A stretch of DNA of 64,000 nt from Seison nebaliae (lineage: Eukaryota), in NCBI GenBank assembly GCA_023231475.1, contig JALJEE010002013.1, positions 1 to 64,000 on the forward strand, in the 5' to 3' direction. The position numbers and the translations under genes are program-made. Positions within the stretch are counted from its first letter, which is position 1, and every line of letters starts with the position of its first letter. Shown one piece after another: positions 51,501-64,000 of this stretch. The notes below the pieces were generated by a model. It ran no database searches, was not told the origin of the DNA, and saw only the letters and a list, made by a program, of their open reading frames with translations.

Positions 51501-53058
51501 TTGAATTGAGTGTGAAAGAAGAAAAAGGATTAACAGATCATCTTCGACAATTGAGTATTGATGTGAAACAATTATTATTCGATCGTCAAATGATGGTTGA
51601 ATTTCATTCATCTTATCTCTCATTCAAATTTCAATTAATTTATTTTATTCTTTTTTTAGGTTAATCAAATTTCTAGTATTACTGGAATTGAGAAGGATTT
51701 GAAATTAACGAAAGAACCGATTTTACCTGCAGAAATTGCTGCTGCTGTTATGCCTTCGAAAAGAATTGAATCTGATGATAGTGAATTAACCAAAAATTTA
51801 AGTTTACCTACTCCACCAAGAGATTCATCAACGACTGGTAAGATACCAATAAAATCATGTACACGAATATCTAAAGGAAAATATTGTCATCATCTTCGAT
51901 ATCAGAAGTTCCTCCACAAACATCAATTACAACAGAAGGAAACTAATGAACATGTTGAGAATTTGACATCTATACCACTCACTGTTCCAATGACGATTTC
52001 GAGAAGTTTAATGAATAAAAATCAAATTATAGAAAATATGGGAACAACTTCTCGATGTGAAGAAAAGACGATTAATCATGAAACGAAATCATCGGAAAAT
52101 GTGAATAAATCAGGAAATGATTCGATTACCTCCATTCCTAATCACGTCTTGATCAATGCTCAAAATTATACGAATATCTCAAATAATGATATGATGAGAA
52201 TGACGAGATCATCACCTGGTAGACAAGATCAACAAATCATTCCGATTGTATCGGATCATCGGAAACATGACGATTTGGTAAAAATAATGAAATTGAATGA
52301 ACGAATGAAGAAGGAAGAGATAACGGAACAGATGTTAAAGACGAATGTTGATAAAAATAATCTACAACGATTACATCAACAATTTTATCAAAGACAACAA
52401 TTGATGAAATTGAGTAAAATGCGAAAATCAGCATTCCAATCAAATAGTAACATTTATAATAATATTATCCTCAATTCCAATGGTCGAGATGCGAATTATT
52501 TGAATGAGAAAGTCAATTTTAATACAAAAAATCAAATAGAAAATAAAAATATCACCGTTCCAACATTAACAGTAACAACACCAATATTAAGTCCTGCATC
52601 AGTTGCAGTAGCAGCCGCCGCTGCCTCTATTGTAACGTCGTTTAATAGTCATCATAATCATGTGACATCACAATCGAATGGTGGAAGTGTAAAAGTTTTA
52701 TTACCGGATCAATGGAAGAATATGATGGGACATAATCATCAATCACCATCAATGAATTCGATTTCTGCTCAATTAATTCCGTCAACTCACACCATAGTCA
52801 CAAGAACAACGACTACATCACCATTTATGAAATGTGAGAGAGTTCAACAGTTACATCAGAAGAAATCAACAATTCCTCTACCCACTCAATCAATATCGAC
52901 GACGAATATGTCTGATCAATTATCGATCAATTGCCAAAAACAACAATCAATCAAGCAACATCAACAACAACAACAACCACAAACATATCAACAACAACAA
53001 TATCTGTTAAATAATCAACAAAATATTCAACATCATTCATCATCAACTTCATTATACC

Positions 53059-53092
<34 letters not shown>

Positions 53093-53813
53093 TGTTATAT
53101 ATCGTACACCTCCATTGACACAACAACAACAACAACAGCAACAACAACAACAACAATCATCACAAAGTCATTTGATTTATCCGAATTTACAAACGAAACA
53201 AGCACTTCATGCCCAAGTAACAGGAATTAATTGTGGTAATTCTCCTCAATTATCATCGAAAACACCACAACAATTGATGCAACCGAATTATTATCAGAAT
53301 ATTACATCACAACCGGTTCTATCCAATTTTCAGATGTCTCTCAATCATTTATTCAATTCCGCTTCATTAATGTATCCGCCCGGACAATTACGAATGACAC
53401 CATCAACAAAAGTTCCAGTCATTTCACCACGATCCAAACAACAAGCAACATTGATGAAGAATATTCCTGCGATTCCATCAGTTCTCCCACCGACTACTAC
53501 TCCCATGAAGATGGAAGAGTTTCAGAGAACTCTCACCAAAATGCCAAAGAATCCTTTGGCGAATCTATCTCCTTCTGTCATTCAGCCAACTCCACATCTC
53601 ACTCAACAACATCCACAAAATAATTATTATCTACCGATGTCGTTGAATTATTTACGGAATAATTTGAATGCCAACACGTTAACGAATGTGAGTGGAAATC
53701 TCAAACCGAATAATGAACATCAACTCTCTTATTTGACTTATGGGCAACAACAGTTGCAACAGTCTGCTCAAAAAACAATGACCACTCAATTGACAAAGAA
53801 GAATACGAAATAG
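48569..53813 (+). CDS. DOT1L: Histone H3K79 methyltransferase DOT1L (5 exons)
   Basis: PFSNRVYGETSF, FLDLGSGVGQVVLQMAA, GIEL, GDFL, IFINNYAF, VSWT; AT-hook KRGRPR; introns 50709-50752, 50936-50986, 51238-51292 and 51596-51659 lead to a Q-rich tail. Confidence 0.93.
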
Positions 53814-53878
53814 TTTGAACGGTGAAACGATAAGAATCTTCTTCTTCTTTAAAACCATCTCATCCACCATATTCCTTC

Positions 53879-53880
<2 letters not shown>

Positions 53881-53914
<34 letters not shown>

Positions 53915-54020
53915 TACATACATACATACATACATACATACATACATACATACATACATACATACATACATACATACATACATACATACATACATACATA
54001 CATACATACATACATACATA
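53881..54020. repeat. Compound (CA)n(TACA)n microsatellite just 3' of DOT1L
   Basis: Direct reading. Confidence 0.95.
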
Positions 54021-55043
54021 AGCACTCCGGGTAAGGAATGGATGAAAATTGTTTTTATTTTTCATTTTTTTTCCTTTGTTTTTTTCAAACATATTTTCTT
54101 ATTTCCATTTGTTCCTCTTCCAAATTCATCGAAAAACGTTTCTCAGAAAGAAACAATTTATTCATATTCCTTTTTTACTTTTCTCTCACATTTATCTCTC
54201 ATTCGTTTCTGAAATGCGACAAATCTCTTTCAAATCTCTGAAAATTTCTTTTTTTTCACTTCTCTCCACAAAATCAGTTTATTCATTTTAAAGAGAATAT
54301 TTTATTTATTTAGTTTATAAGAACTTCAGATCTGTCAACGATCATTTCAAACCAATCCTCCTCAAATCCATCTATTTTATTCTTCAATTGCGATTTTATT
54401 CTAACTTTCAATATTCTTCATCCACTCTCCCCCTTCTCCATGATCGTCTCATCATCAACACATCTATCTATAAACTCCTCCAACACACACTCACACTCAC
54501 ACACACACACACGCACAAAAAGTTGTAATATTCTTATAAATTCAAAGTATTTTCCAAATTTCGTTCGAATATCCTTTTCGAACTTTTTTATAATTTTCGT
54601 TTTTTTTCGTTTCATTCTCCAAATATTTTCAATTGACGGTTTTTTTCCTCAACGTTCCTTTTTTTCATATTTTTTCATTTCATTTCGTAGGACATGTTTT
54701 TATGATAATTTATAATAAGATGATAAATTCTCAATTATGTCCCTCAATCGTTCAACTTCTATTAATTTTATGGATTAAATATCATCACCTTTCAATTGGA
54801 CTTTCCTGTAAAATTGTTTTTTTTCATCATTTTCTTCACAAATTTCAATAATTTCACAGAAATTAAATGAACATGTTTATCAAGAATAAAGTAAATTTTC
54901 CTACTAATTTTGAAAAAAGCAAATTCTTTTTTTATTCTCTTGAAATTAATTTCATTTCAATCAATTCAATTTGACAATTCAAAATAATCATTCGAATACT
55001 CGTTCATCAGTTTTCAGTGTTTCTCTTCAATTTTTTTTTCGTC

Positions 55044-57260
55044 TTAAATTTCAGTTGAAAAATAGTAGTTATATTCTTCTTCATTTTTTCGTTCTTCCCA
55101 TATCTGCTCACATTTCCTATCTTTCTTATCTTTCTTCAATCGAGATCGTTCCATGACACGTCGAGTTCGAATAATTGATTTTTGTGGTTGACTGACACGC
55201 TCCAATTTCTTCTGTTCATTCTTGTAGAAGTTTTCCTTCGTCATTCGCTTCCTCTCTTCTTTAACTAATTGATTTTGCATAAAATGTTGATGTTGCATTG
55301 CTCTCTCGATTTTATCGGAAGGAAATATTTCCAATTCTTCAAATAACGATTCCACTACCGATTCCATTTCTGATAGAATACTCATTGTACTAAATCATGA
55401 GAGTTATATATGAAATGTGGACAAAAATTTAAAGAAGAAAACTCTTTTTTTTGTTTGTCCGGTTCCGCCGATAGAACTGGTTCGGCTAAATAGATTTCTC
55501 TTACTTTATCCTCCCAAATTTTCAATTCTTCCATAATGAGCATATATTCTGGATTGTAGAAATAGAGATGTCTAAATAATTAAGTATTCTCAATAAATGA
55601 AATGAAAAGAAATGTCGAACTCCAAACTGAAAATAGAATGTGCCGCTTTCCTTTCAGTCTCCTGCAATTCTTCTTGTAATCGTTTGACAGTTGCATATTT
55701 CTCTTCGATTTCATACATAAGAACGCCTTCTTCTTCCCTGCTCGTTTTTTCGTCTGCTCGTTTATTCAAGAATTCTGCTTCTTCTTCCACCGAATGTGTT
55801 CGTTCCATCAACATTAAATTCGTGTTCTCCGATTCTCGTAATAAATCTAATAATTCAATCGGTTCTTTAAAGTAAATCTCTCGAATTGCCTACTCAGAAT
55901 TGAGAAGAAAAATTGAGAGTTTAACGTAATAAACATTTATATGATATTAGTAGTTAAAAGCAAACGAAAATCGGATGAGTTGGTGGGAGATGAATGAAAT
56001 CTAGATTGAGTAATTCATCTGATTCGATTGTTGATAAATATATCGGATCTGTGTTCACTTTCACTCGAACTTCTTCATCGAAATCTCCAAATGGATCATA
56101 AAAATCAGTCAAATATTCTGTCATATCGCTTAACATTGCTTCTTCTTTACTATCAACAACTGTCGTCTTTATTGCTCTTACTAATTGATTCGTTCTCCAA
56201 TACTAAATTGTGTTCAACCATTTCTTTTTTGAAGAAGAAAAAGAAAAGAAACTTTTGGAGCTGTCTTGAATAGAAAAAGAGCACAACGTCGATAATCAGC
56301 CCAAGTATCTTCCATTCGACCGATTTCAGTTTTTATACTCGAAATTTGTTCATTTAATGATTTGATAGCGGCAATGTTATCCAGTTTTAATTTAGTTGCT
56401 TCATCAGCACTATTCAGTTGACTTTTTATTATTTATATTACAATTCTAACCGTTCAATAGCTCTCGCGGATTGTTGATCAATATTCTTGATAAATTCGTC
56501 TAATAATCTTCCGTCACAATCGAGATAATGTTCTGACATCTGCATACGTCTCAATGCCTGTTCATATGTCAATTCCATGGCTAATGTTTGTTTTCGTTGA
56601 ATATCTAACAAATACTATAAAAATATGTTTTCAAATAATTTTACAATTCCCTAAATCAATCGATGAACTTGTGTACAAAAGTCTTTTTGTTTTCTTCCGA
56701 AATATCCGCGCATTGGTTTCTGTTTTGGTGCATCTTTTTAAATTCTTATTAAAAATTAATTTGATAAGAAATTATTATGGACTTGCTGTTTCTTCTACCG
56801 CCCAAATTTGATAATTTAATTTCTTATTTAAGTCTGTCTAAATAAATATTTAATAATTTTAATGTTAAAATTTGAAATATTGGGAAACATTTAAAAAATC
56901 ATCATCCGGTTCCTTCAAACATTGTCCATATTTCAACGTACCCGTTTTAATCATGTTATACATTTTCTGTCGACTTTTTGGTAATTCCTTGAACAATGAA
57001 CAAGATTTTTTGAAGAATTTCGACATCGAATTATAACTGATTTTAGTCGATCATCACGACATCCAACAGTGAGTAATGTTTGTTCAAATCCTTTTGATGT
57101 TCCTTTTAATGATGTAAGTTAAGTAATTTGAATATTTGAAGAAATAGGTGAAACTGGGATAATCATCTGGTGACATATTTCGTTTGTCTTTTATTCGATG
57201 ATTATCGAACACTTCATAAGGAATTATCTTATTACGAACTGGTTTAGGTTTCCGATACAT
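55044..57260 (-). CDS. CFAP100: Cilia- and flagella-associated protein 100 (CCDC37/38 family, multi-exon)
   Basis: Exon peptides LDEFIKNIDQQSARAI, IKTEIGRMEDTWADYRRCALFLFKTAP, YFKEPIELLDLLRESENTNLMLM, LSEMESVVESLFEELEIFP..KEERKR..EEYNYYFS follow CFAP100 motif order. Start codon and some junctions are tentative. Confidence 0.8.
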
Positions 57261-57596
57261 GATTATCGTGTGGAAGAAATAATTATTTTTCTCAAATTTA
57301 AAATATCTAAATTAATTTTCCTCTTTCTCTTCGTTTTAAACTGAAATAATTGTAAAAAAGAGGAAAAGAAAATGACAATCTTAATAATAATAGTTTGAAG
57401 CGCAATTTTTCATAATATCATTTTATTAACTTTAGAATTAATAGGTGGAGAGAAGAAATGAAACGAATAAGACTCTTTGAAATATTTTTTTTGTTGGTGA
57501 TTAACTGCTGTGAGAAGAAAAAACGAATATTGTTTAAAGGATCATTTAAGTTGTGGAAGGAATATTTGTGAGAGAATTAATTACCTTTAAATTTAT

Positions 57597-59048
57597 TTAA
57601 CGTTCGTTCGTGGTAAGACTAACCGTCTCTCGTACATATAAAGTAACGTCGATGAAATTACGAGAAATGCACCAGCAAAAAATAATCTGAGAGAGAGAAA
57701 GAGAGAGAATATTAGAGAATGAGAGAATTGAAGAGAACTTGGTTGGTGTAAATTCATTGAGTATTAGATAAGAAGCAGTACATGAGAAAATAATAGATAA
57801 AGCATTAGCAAATCCTTTAAGAATATTATCTGCATATTTGATTACCGCAGCTATGATGAGACCGCCAGCAGCCTATGGAAGAGAAATAGAAGAAAAGTTT
57901 CAAACTATAAAAATTGAATCGTTTAAAACTTGTAATGTGACGATAATCCAGACAGTTGAATTAAAACCAAAAAGTGGTCCATGTTTCATGATGACATTGA
58001 AATCATAAAAAACTGCTCCGAAAGTTCCGATAATAAAACTGAAGAATGCCAATTGGACATTTCGAATCCATACTGATGGATTTGAATTTTTCAAAATTTT
58101 CTCAAAGAAAACACCAGCGAATCCACTTGTAAAACAAGCGGCAATAATACAAGAGAAACCAATGAGTTGTTGGAAGAGTGAATGATGAACAACTTCATGT
58201 TCTTCGATGGAGGATTTGGAGAGAACTTGATTGACTTGAACCATTGCTACGCCCATCGTCAAAATCAGAAGGGATAACCATCGTTGTTTGGAAATGGTTC
58301 GATGGAGAATGTAGACGGTAAATAAGGCCGTAGTCAAAATTTTAAGTTGATAAGTAATTTGATAAGTTGCCGCATCGATTTTATCCAATGCCCAAAATAG
58401 AAGATTATTTTGGAGTGTATATAATGCGGCTGGTATGGCTAAGAGGAAGACATCATTTACATTTCCTTCTCCCAATAATAAATATTTCACTCGATTTATA
58501 TCATAATCTAATAAATAATTAAAGGAATTTGAATGATATGAAAATTATTTAAACTATTTTGATATATTACGAGCACTCCACAAATTGCCATCTTCATCAA
58601 TTCGGCTACAACTACAGCAACTGAAATTAAATATTTCTCTTCTGATCCATTACTTCGTGAGTATCTAATGTATAGGATGAGTGATGATGATTGTATGACG
58701 AGTAGAATGAGACTGATCAATTTCTTCCATTTATTGGTGGGCATATTCTGTTAGGGGAAGAGTGGGAAGTGAGATAGAAAAAAGAAGGAAAGAATGAAAT
58801 TTTAAAAAAAAAATATTGTTTTAGACCGAAATTCAATCGAAATTCAAATTAAATTTATATGACAAATGGAATCTGGTTTAGTCGATGTACAATCAAGATT
58901 AATATAAGGTAGGCAAATGTATTAAAGAGAGTAGTTGGTGGAACAGAATAATTGAAATTCGTGTAACTTCGTCTGTCTCTTTTTTCCTCTTCATATCTTC
59001 CACATTATCCACTGACGTTTCCTTATTGATAATTTTACTCATTCGCAT
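57597..59048 (-). CDS. SLC35A nucleotide-sugar transporter (UDP-Gal/UDP-GlcNAc type)
   Basis: [75 protein letters not shown]. First exon (58968-59048) and C-terminus are tentative. Confidence 0.9.
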
Positions 59049-60253
59049 TCGTATGTCGCTATTTCGGCTGATCAAGTTGGCAAAAAATGATTATTATTTT
59101 CTTAGTCCATTCAATCCACCACTACCTGAATGAAGAATGTCCTTATGTGAAACTTTAGCTGACATTGTTTATTACCATCGTTCAAATATTATTATTCCAA
59201 TGTTTTGTCTTGAAATTAAATTTTATGATAACGTAATAATCTTTTACTCAACAATTTTAACAACTTTCAAAGAACAAAAGAAACTTCAACTTTTCCCCCT
59301 ATACTTTTTATGCTAATAATATTACTAAACTTTAACAATTGAAATTATATTTTTAGAATTTGAGTAGTCAATTCCATTAAAAATTTTTTTCTTTATTGAT
59401 CCTTATCGATTTTTTAAAATTAATCAATCAATTTAAATAAAATCATCTTCTCAATAAATCTTTACATTTCCATTCGAGTCACTTCCGTAAAAGGTTAAGA
59501 AATATATCATTTTTTAATTTGTTTTTGAAACTTGATCAAGTTAAATTTTACGAATTTTTGTTAAGAAATGATGACATCTGATGATCCATCTGGCTGGAAC
59601 TCTCATTTTCTTAAAACACCTTACAAACTATTGTTAATAAGCCGAAATATCCATTGAAGGAGACAAAGTGACAAAAGTTAAGAGTTTTGGTTTAGTTTCT
59701 CCAGATAGTTCCACAATCATTTTATATGAAAATACAAGACTGGATTAATTCATTTACATATCATCGATATTCATTATTGAATTATAAGGTTTGTTGTATC
59801 AATTGGATTTTTTGAGAAGAAATAGATAAAGTTTCCTCGTTGAATCGATTGAACAATTAGTTGAAGAACGTGAGGGAAATATGCAGAAATAATGAGAGAT
59901 GTTGAAAATAGATTGAAAGATTTCTGAATACAAAAAACATAAAAAACATAAAGTGCAAATGTAAAATTATTGATAGTGTATCAATTAAAATTTTGTTCAG
60001 GTGAATCGAATTGATTTTGATGAATGTTATTAATGAATTTATGAAGGTCTGAACAGGTTTTAGACGAAATATATGCTATAGGAATGAACTAAAATAATGA
60101 TGGAAAATAATTGACAAAGTTTTAATTAGACTGTTAATGTCAGATGTGAAGTAATTATAAGGATAATAGTCTGGAAATGAATTCATCGAAATTATTATAA
60201 AAGGCAAGGTGGAATGATTTGGAGAATTATAATTATTTGAATTCGTTTCAAAT

Positions 60254-63200
60254 ATGATTTCGAAGAACTTCCTAATACTTACAATATTATGTTGGGGAAT
60301 AGTCAATTGTCAGGAGCAGATGCGCCAAATGAATCCATCAGATCCTGATAGCTATAATAGTTATGAAGAGTATGAACCAAATTACGAAGATTCATATTCG
60401 TATGATGAGACAGGTAAAATAAATTTATTTTTTGAAAATTCTCAAATGATTCAATTTTTTAGATTATCAGTCGAATACAACATACTATCCAATATATTGG
60501 CCAAAAAATTCCACAATGCTACCAACAAATGGTATTCCGGTATTAGCGATGAGCCATCGTATTTTCACATATACAATCGGATCGTCTCATACGATGCGAG
60601 TGGATTTGATGAGTGGTGTTGAACCGATCGAATACGCATGGCTCATAAATGGTCGTCGTCTTGACACGATGACGAATGGAAACGCAAAAATTATTATCAA
60701 ATGTCGAATCATTACATTTGAGAATGTGGTGCAGGACTTCGCCGGTGAATATACACTCACCGCCACCAATAGTTATGGTACGGGAAGGATATCATTAAAA
60801 ATTCATGTAATTCCATCTGATTCAACATATGATGTCATTCCATCTGACAAGACTAAACCCCCAATAATAACAACGTTAAATAATTTATACTATGTTATTC
60901 AAGGTGTTCATGTTACTCCCATTCGACTACATGTCGTCCAAGGAATTATAAAATCGACGGATATCAAATGGTATTTCAAAGGTAAACGACAATTACCAGA
61001 AGGTGTCGAATTATCAGGAGATTGTCATGAAATTCGATTTAGTCGAGAAGCTGATGAAAGTATTATTGGTGCATATAAGATTATTGTAGAAAATAAATAT
61101 GGTACTGCTACTTATATATTCGCAATTCAATTCTTACCAAATAGTCTAACTATAATTAATCGAAATGATACTCAATTAATTACACAGAATGCTCCATTAA
61201 TCAATCCTACACAATCAATCTATTATGTTCAAAATGAGAAAGCATTCCAATTGAGATTGGTGATAATTCGAGGAGAATCACCATTCATTTTCGAATGGTT
61301 TCACAACGGAGTACCGGTCATGCCAAGTGGTGTAAAGATTTACAAAAGTTCTATCACTATCGAATCATTCAATTACATTCATGAGGGTACCTATACTTTA
61401 AGAGTAGTGAATATTTATGGAGAAGATAGATGTACATTCACATTAGTTAGTAAACAAATTGGACCGATTCCCAAACCGATGTTGAGAACTAAATATCTTT
61501 ATTATCGTATTCCAACTGGAGATAAACGTACCATCATCGTTCATTTGGTGGGTGGAGAGAAACCAGTGAAATATTCTTGGACTTATACATCACCCAATGG
61601 GAAGATTTTCACCAATACTTTACCTTCACAAAACATTAAAATAACTAAACGATCAATTGTTATTAGAAAAGCCACCGAAAGTCTTCAGGGTCGTTATAAA
61701 TTAACAGCTACTAATCGATGGGGTTCAACTTCCATCATTATCACAATTATTGTTTATGGTGAGAAACCTCGATTATCTTATGAGACACATCGGGTCGTCC
61801 TCAATCAAATGACTCCATTCCCGAAAACGGTTGTCATACAAACGGTAAGTGGTTCTTTACCGATAACGTACACATGGAAATTCCTTAATCCATCAAGTGA
61901 GAAAGCACTACCTTGGCCTGAAGAATATGCCAGGAAACATGGTGCCGTATTGCAATTATTGGGAAATAAACCACAAGTTGACGGTTGGTTTCTATTATCT
62001 GCTAGGAATCGGTTTGGTCTTGACGTGTTTAAAATTCGCGTCATGATCCGAACGACAGTTTGTTCGTGGAATGATAAATTAATAAAAAGTGGAACATATT
62101 TCGACAAATCAGTTTGTGAGACTCGATGTCAATGTATCAATGGTGAAATTACCGGTTGTGTCAAGAAGATTTGTGAATCATTGCCAAGTGATTGTTTGAA
62201 GGTGCAACATGCGGAGAATGGTCGATGTTGTTCCGTTTGTCTACAACGATCGTCAACTTCCAAGAAGTTTTGTTATTTCAACAAAAAGAAATATCATAAT
62301 GGAGAAGTTTTCCAAAAATCGCCATGTAGTGTCGATTGTCAATGTCTCAGTGGAAAAATCATAAATTGTGTTTCGTTGAAATGTTCGGAGTTACCGAATG
62401 ATTGTATTAAGAAAGTTCATCCAAAAGGACAATGTTGTGCTCAATGTATTGAACGTAGTTCGATCGATTTGCCCAAATGTTATTGGAATAAAAATAAATA
62501 TGTTGATGGTGAACAATTCGATAAGTCGAAATGCGAGAAACGATGTCGTTGTAGAAACGGGAAAATCATGGAATGTAGTACGGTGAAATGTCCTCGTCTT
62601 TCCAAATCATGTTTGAGACCGCGTGTCCTCAAATCTCAATGCTGTCCGATCTGTGATGAATTTTCAACAACACCAACTCCTTCTTGTATATACAAAGGTC
62701 GTCTGTATCAAGAACGGCAATATGTGAATAAATCACGTTGTGAAGATAATTGTTTGTGTTTAAATGGAAAATTAACTCAATGTACAAAGATAGCATGTGG
62801 TGAATTACCGAAAGATTGTTTGAGAGTTCAACATCTTCCACATAAATGCTGTCCGACTTGTGTGGAACATTCGACGACTAGTTCACCCATGTGCATTTGG
62901 GGCGATAAGATTTACAAACCAGGAAGTATATTCAAGAAATCAGTTTGTGAAATTAATTGTTTATGTACGGCAGCGGGAATAATTGAATCATGTCACAAAG
63001 TTAATTGTCCAGTAATCACCAGATCTTGTTTGGAAACGAGAACACCACCCGATTCATGTTGTGCTGAATGTATTCGACATATGTCCAATGAAATTGTAGC
63101 TCCAGAAAAGACTTGCATATTACCCGATGGACGAGTATTCCACGAAGGTGAACGATTTAATCGTAAACCATGTTGGAGGAATTGTATGTGTTCCAATCGT

Positions 63201-64000
63201 CAAATTGTCGGTTGTGTTCGCGAAGTTTGTCCTGATCGATACGAACAAAATTGTTTAGTTTGGAATTATGAACCAAATAAATGTTGTCCGGTTTGTATAA
63301 AATTTCTGGTAAAACCAGTACCGGTTTGTCATTTACCCAAATCGAATGTCGTTTATCAAATTGGACAAATCTTCAATTTAACAGAATGTATCGTTAATTG
63401 TCATTGTAGTGAAGCGGGTGTGATAAGAGATTGTGTGAAAATCCATTGTGGTGATCTACCTCCAAATTGTATCAAATCAACTTTGGCTGATGGTTGTTGT
63501 CGCCGTTGTATTACTTTTGCTACTACAGTCCGTCCGAAATTGCCATGTACATGGCAAGGTACAGGAAAAGTGTATAAACATGGAATTTCATTTTCACCAA
63601 CACCATGTCTCTTAAATTGTCAATGTGAAGATGGAATGATTCAAAATTGTCGAGCTACTCAATGTCCAGTATTGGAAGGAAATTGTTTAAAGAGTCAAAT
63701 TTTGGATGGACAATGTTGTCCAACATGTGTGAGATATGCTCTACAAAATGTCACATCTTGTACGTTGTTCACGAATGAAGGTAAACAAGTCATACGAAAT
63801 GGAGAAACATTCGATAAATCGCCTTGTGTGAAAAATTGTATGTGTCATAATGGTCAAATTTGGGGATGTATGAAATTAACTTGTTCGCCAATTTCAGATA
63901 ATTGTTATGAATCCAAATTATTACCTGGTGCATGTTGTCCCATTTGTATTGACAAACCATCAGATGTCGCCAAAATTTGTAGAACATCAGACAACCAAGT
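60254..64000 (+). CDS. Secreted protein with five Ig-like domains and at least nine VWC repeats (runs off window)
   Basis: Signal peptide MISKNFLILTILCWGIVNC; intron 60414-60462; open frame to the window end. Ig cores W..G.Y.L...N.YG x5 (~60530-62055); from 62061, repeats C..(Y/F)..G..F....C...CxC..G....C....C......C......CCxxC. Confidence 0.88.

Noticed and set aside
53815..54092. ORFs with HT/YIHT and VCMY repeats
   Set aside because: Translations of the (CA)/(TACA) microsatellite.

Overview
AT-rich, gene-dense eukaryotic (animal) genomic DNA with very short spliceosomal introns (mostly 41-64 nt). It looks like a compact invertebrate genome; the taxon is not established from sequence alone. 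Genes traced by hand across introns: a divergent TTC28/CHAT-like protein, casein kinase 1 alpha, an apparently catalytically dead INPP5K-like 5-phosphatase/SKICH protein, PRP19, a tetraspanin-like protein, Brahma/SMARCA2/4, RPGRIP1L, Shisa-like and Ly6/Quiver-like surface proteins, acylaminoacyl peptidase, an atypical HLH protein, DOT1L, CFAP100 and an SLC35A transporter. A secreted 5xIg + multi-VWC protein runs off the right edge and is missing from the ORF track. A transposon nest fills the first 2.3 kb, and an ~11 kb gene-poor block (13.8-24.8 kb) holds a TSD-flanked TIR element. The most striking signal is the splicing code: about 42 of 45 frame-checked introns begin GTT (U at +3, usually no +5 G and often no -1 G) rather than GTRAGT. 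Two of the three GTA donors flank one symmetric 99-nt exon of RPGRIP1L. RFX X-box motifs sit upstream of several genes. All homology calls come from motif recognition, not database searches.
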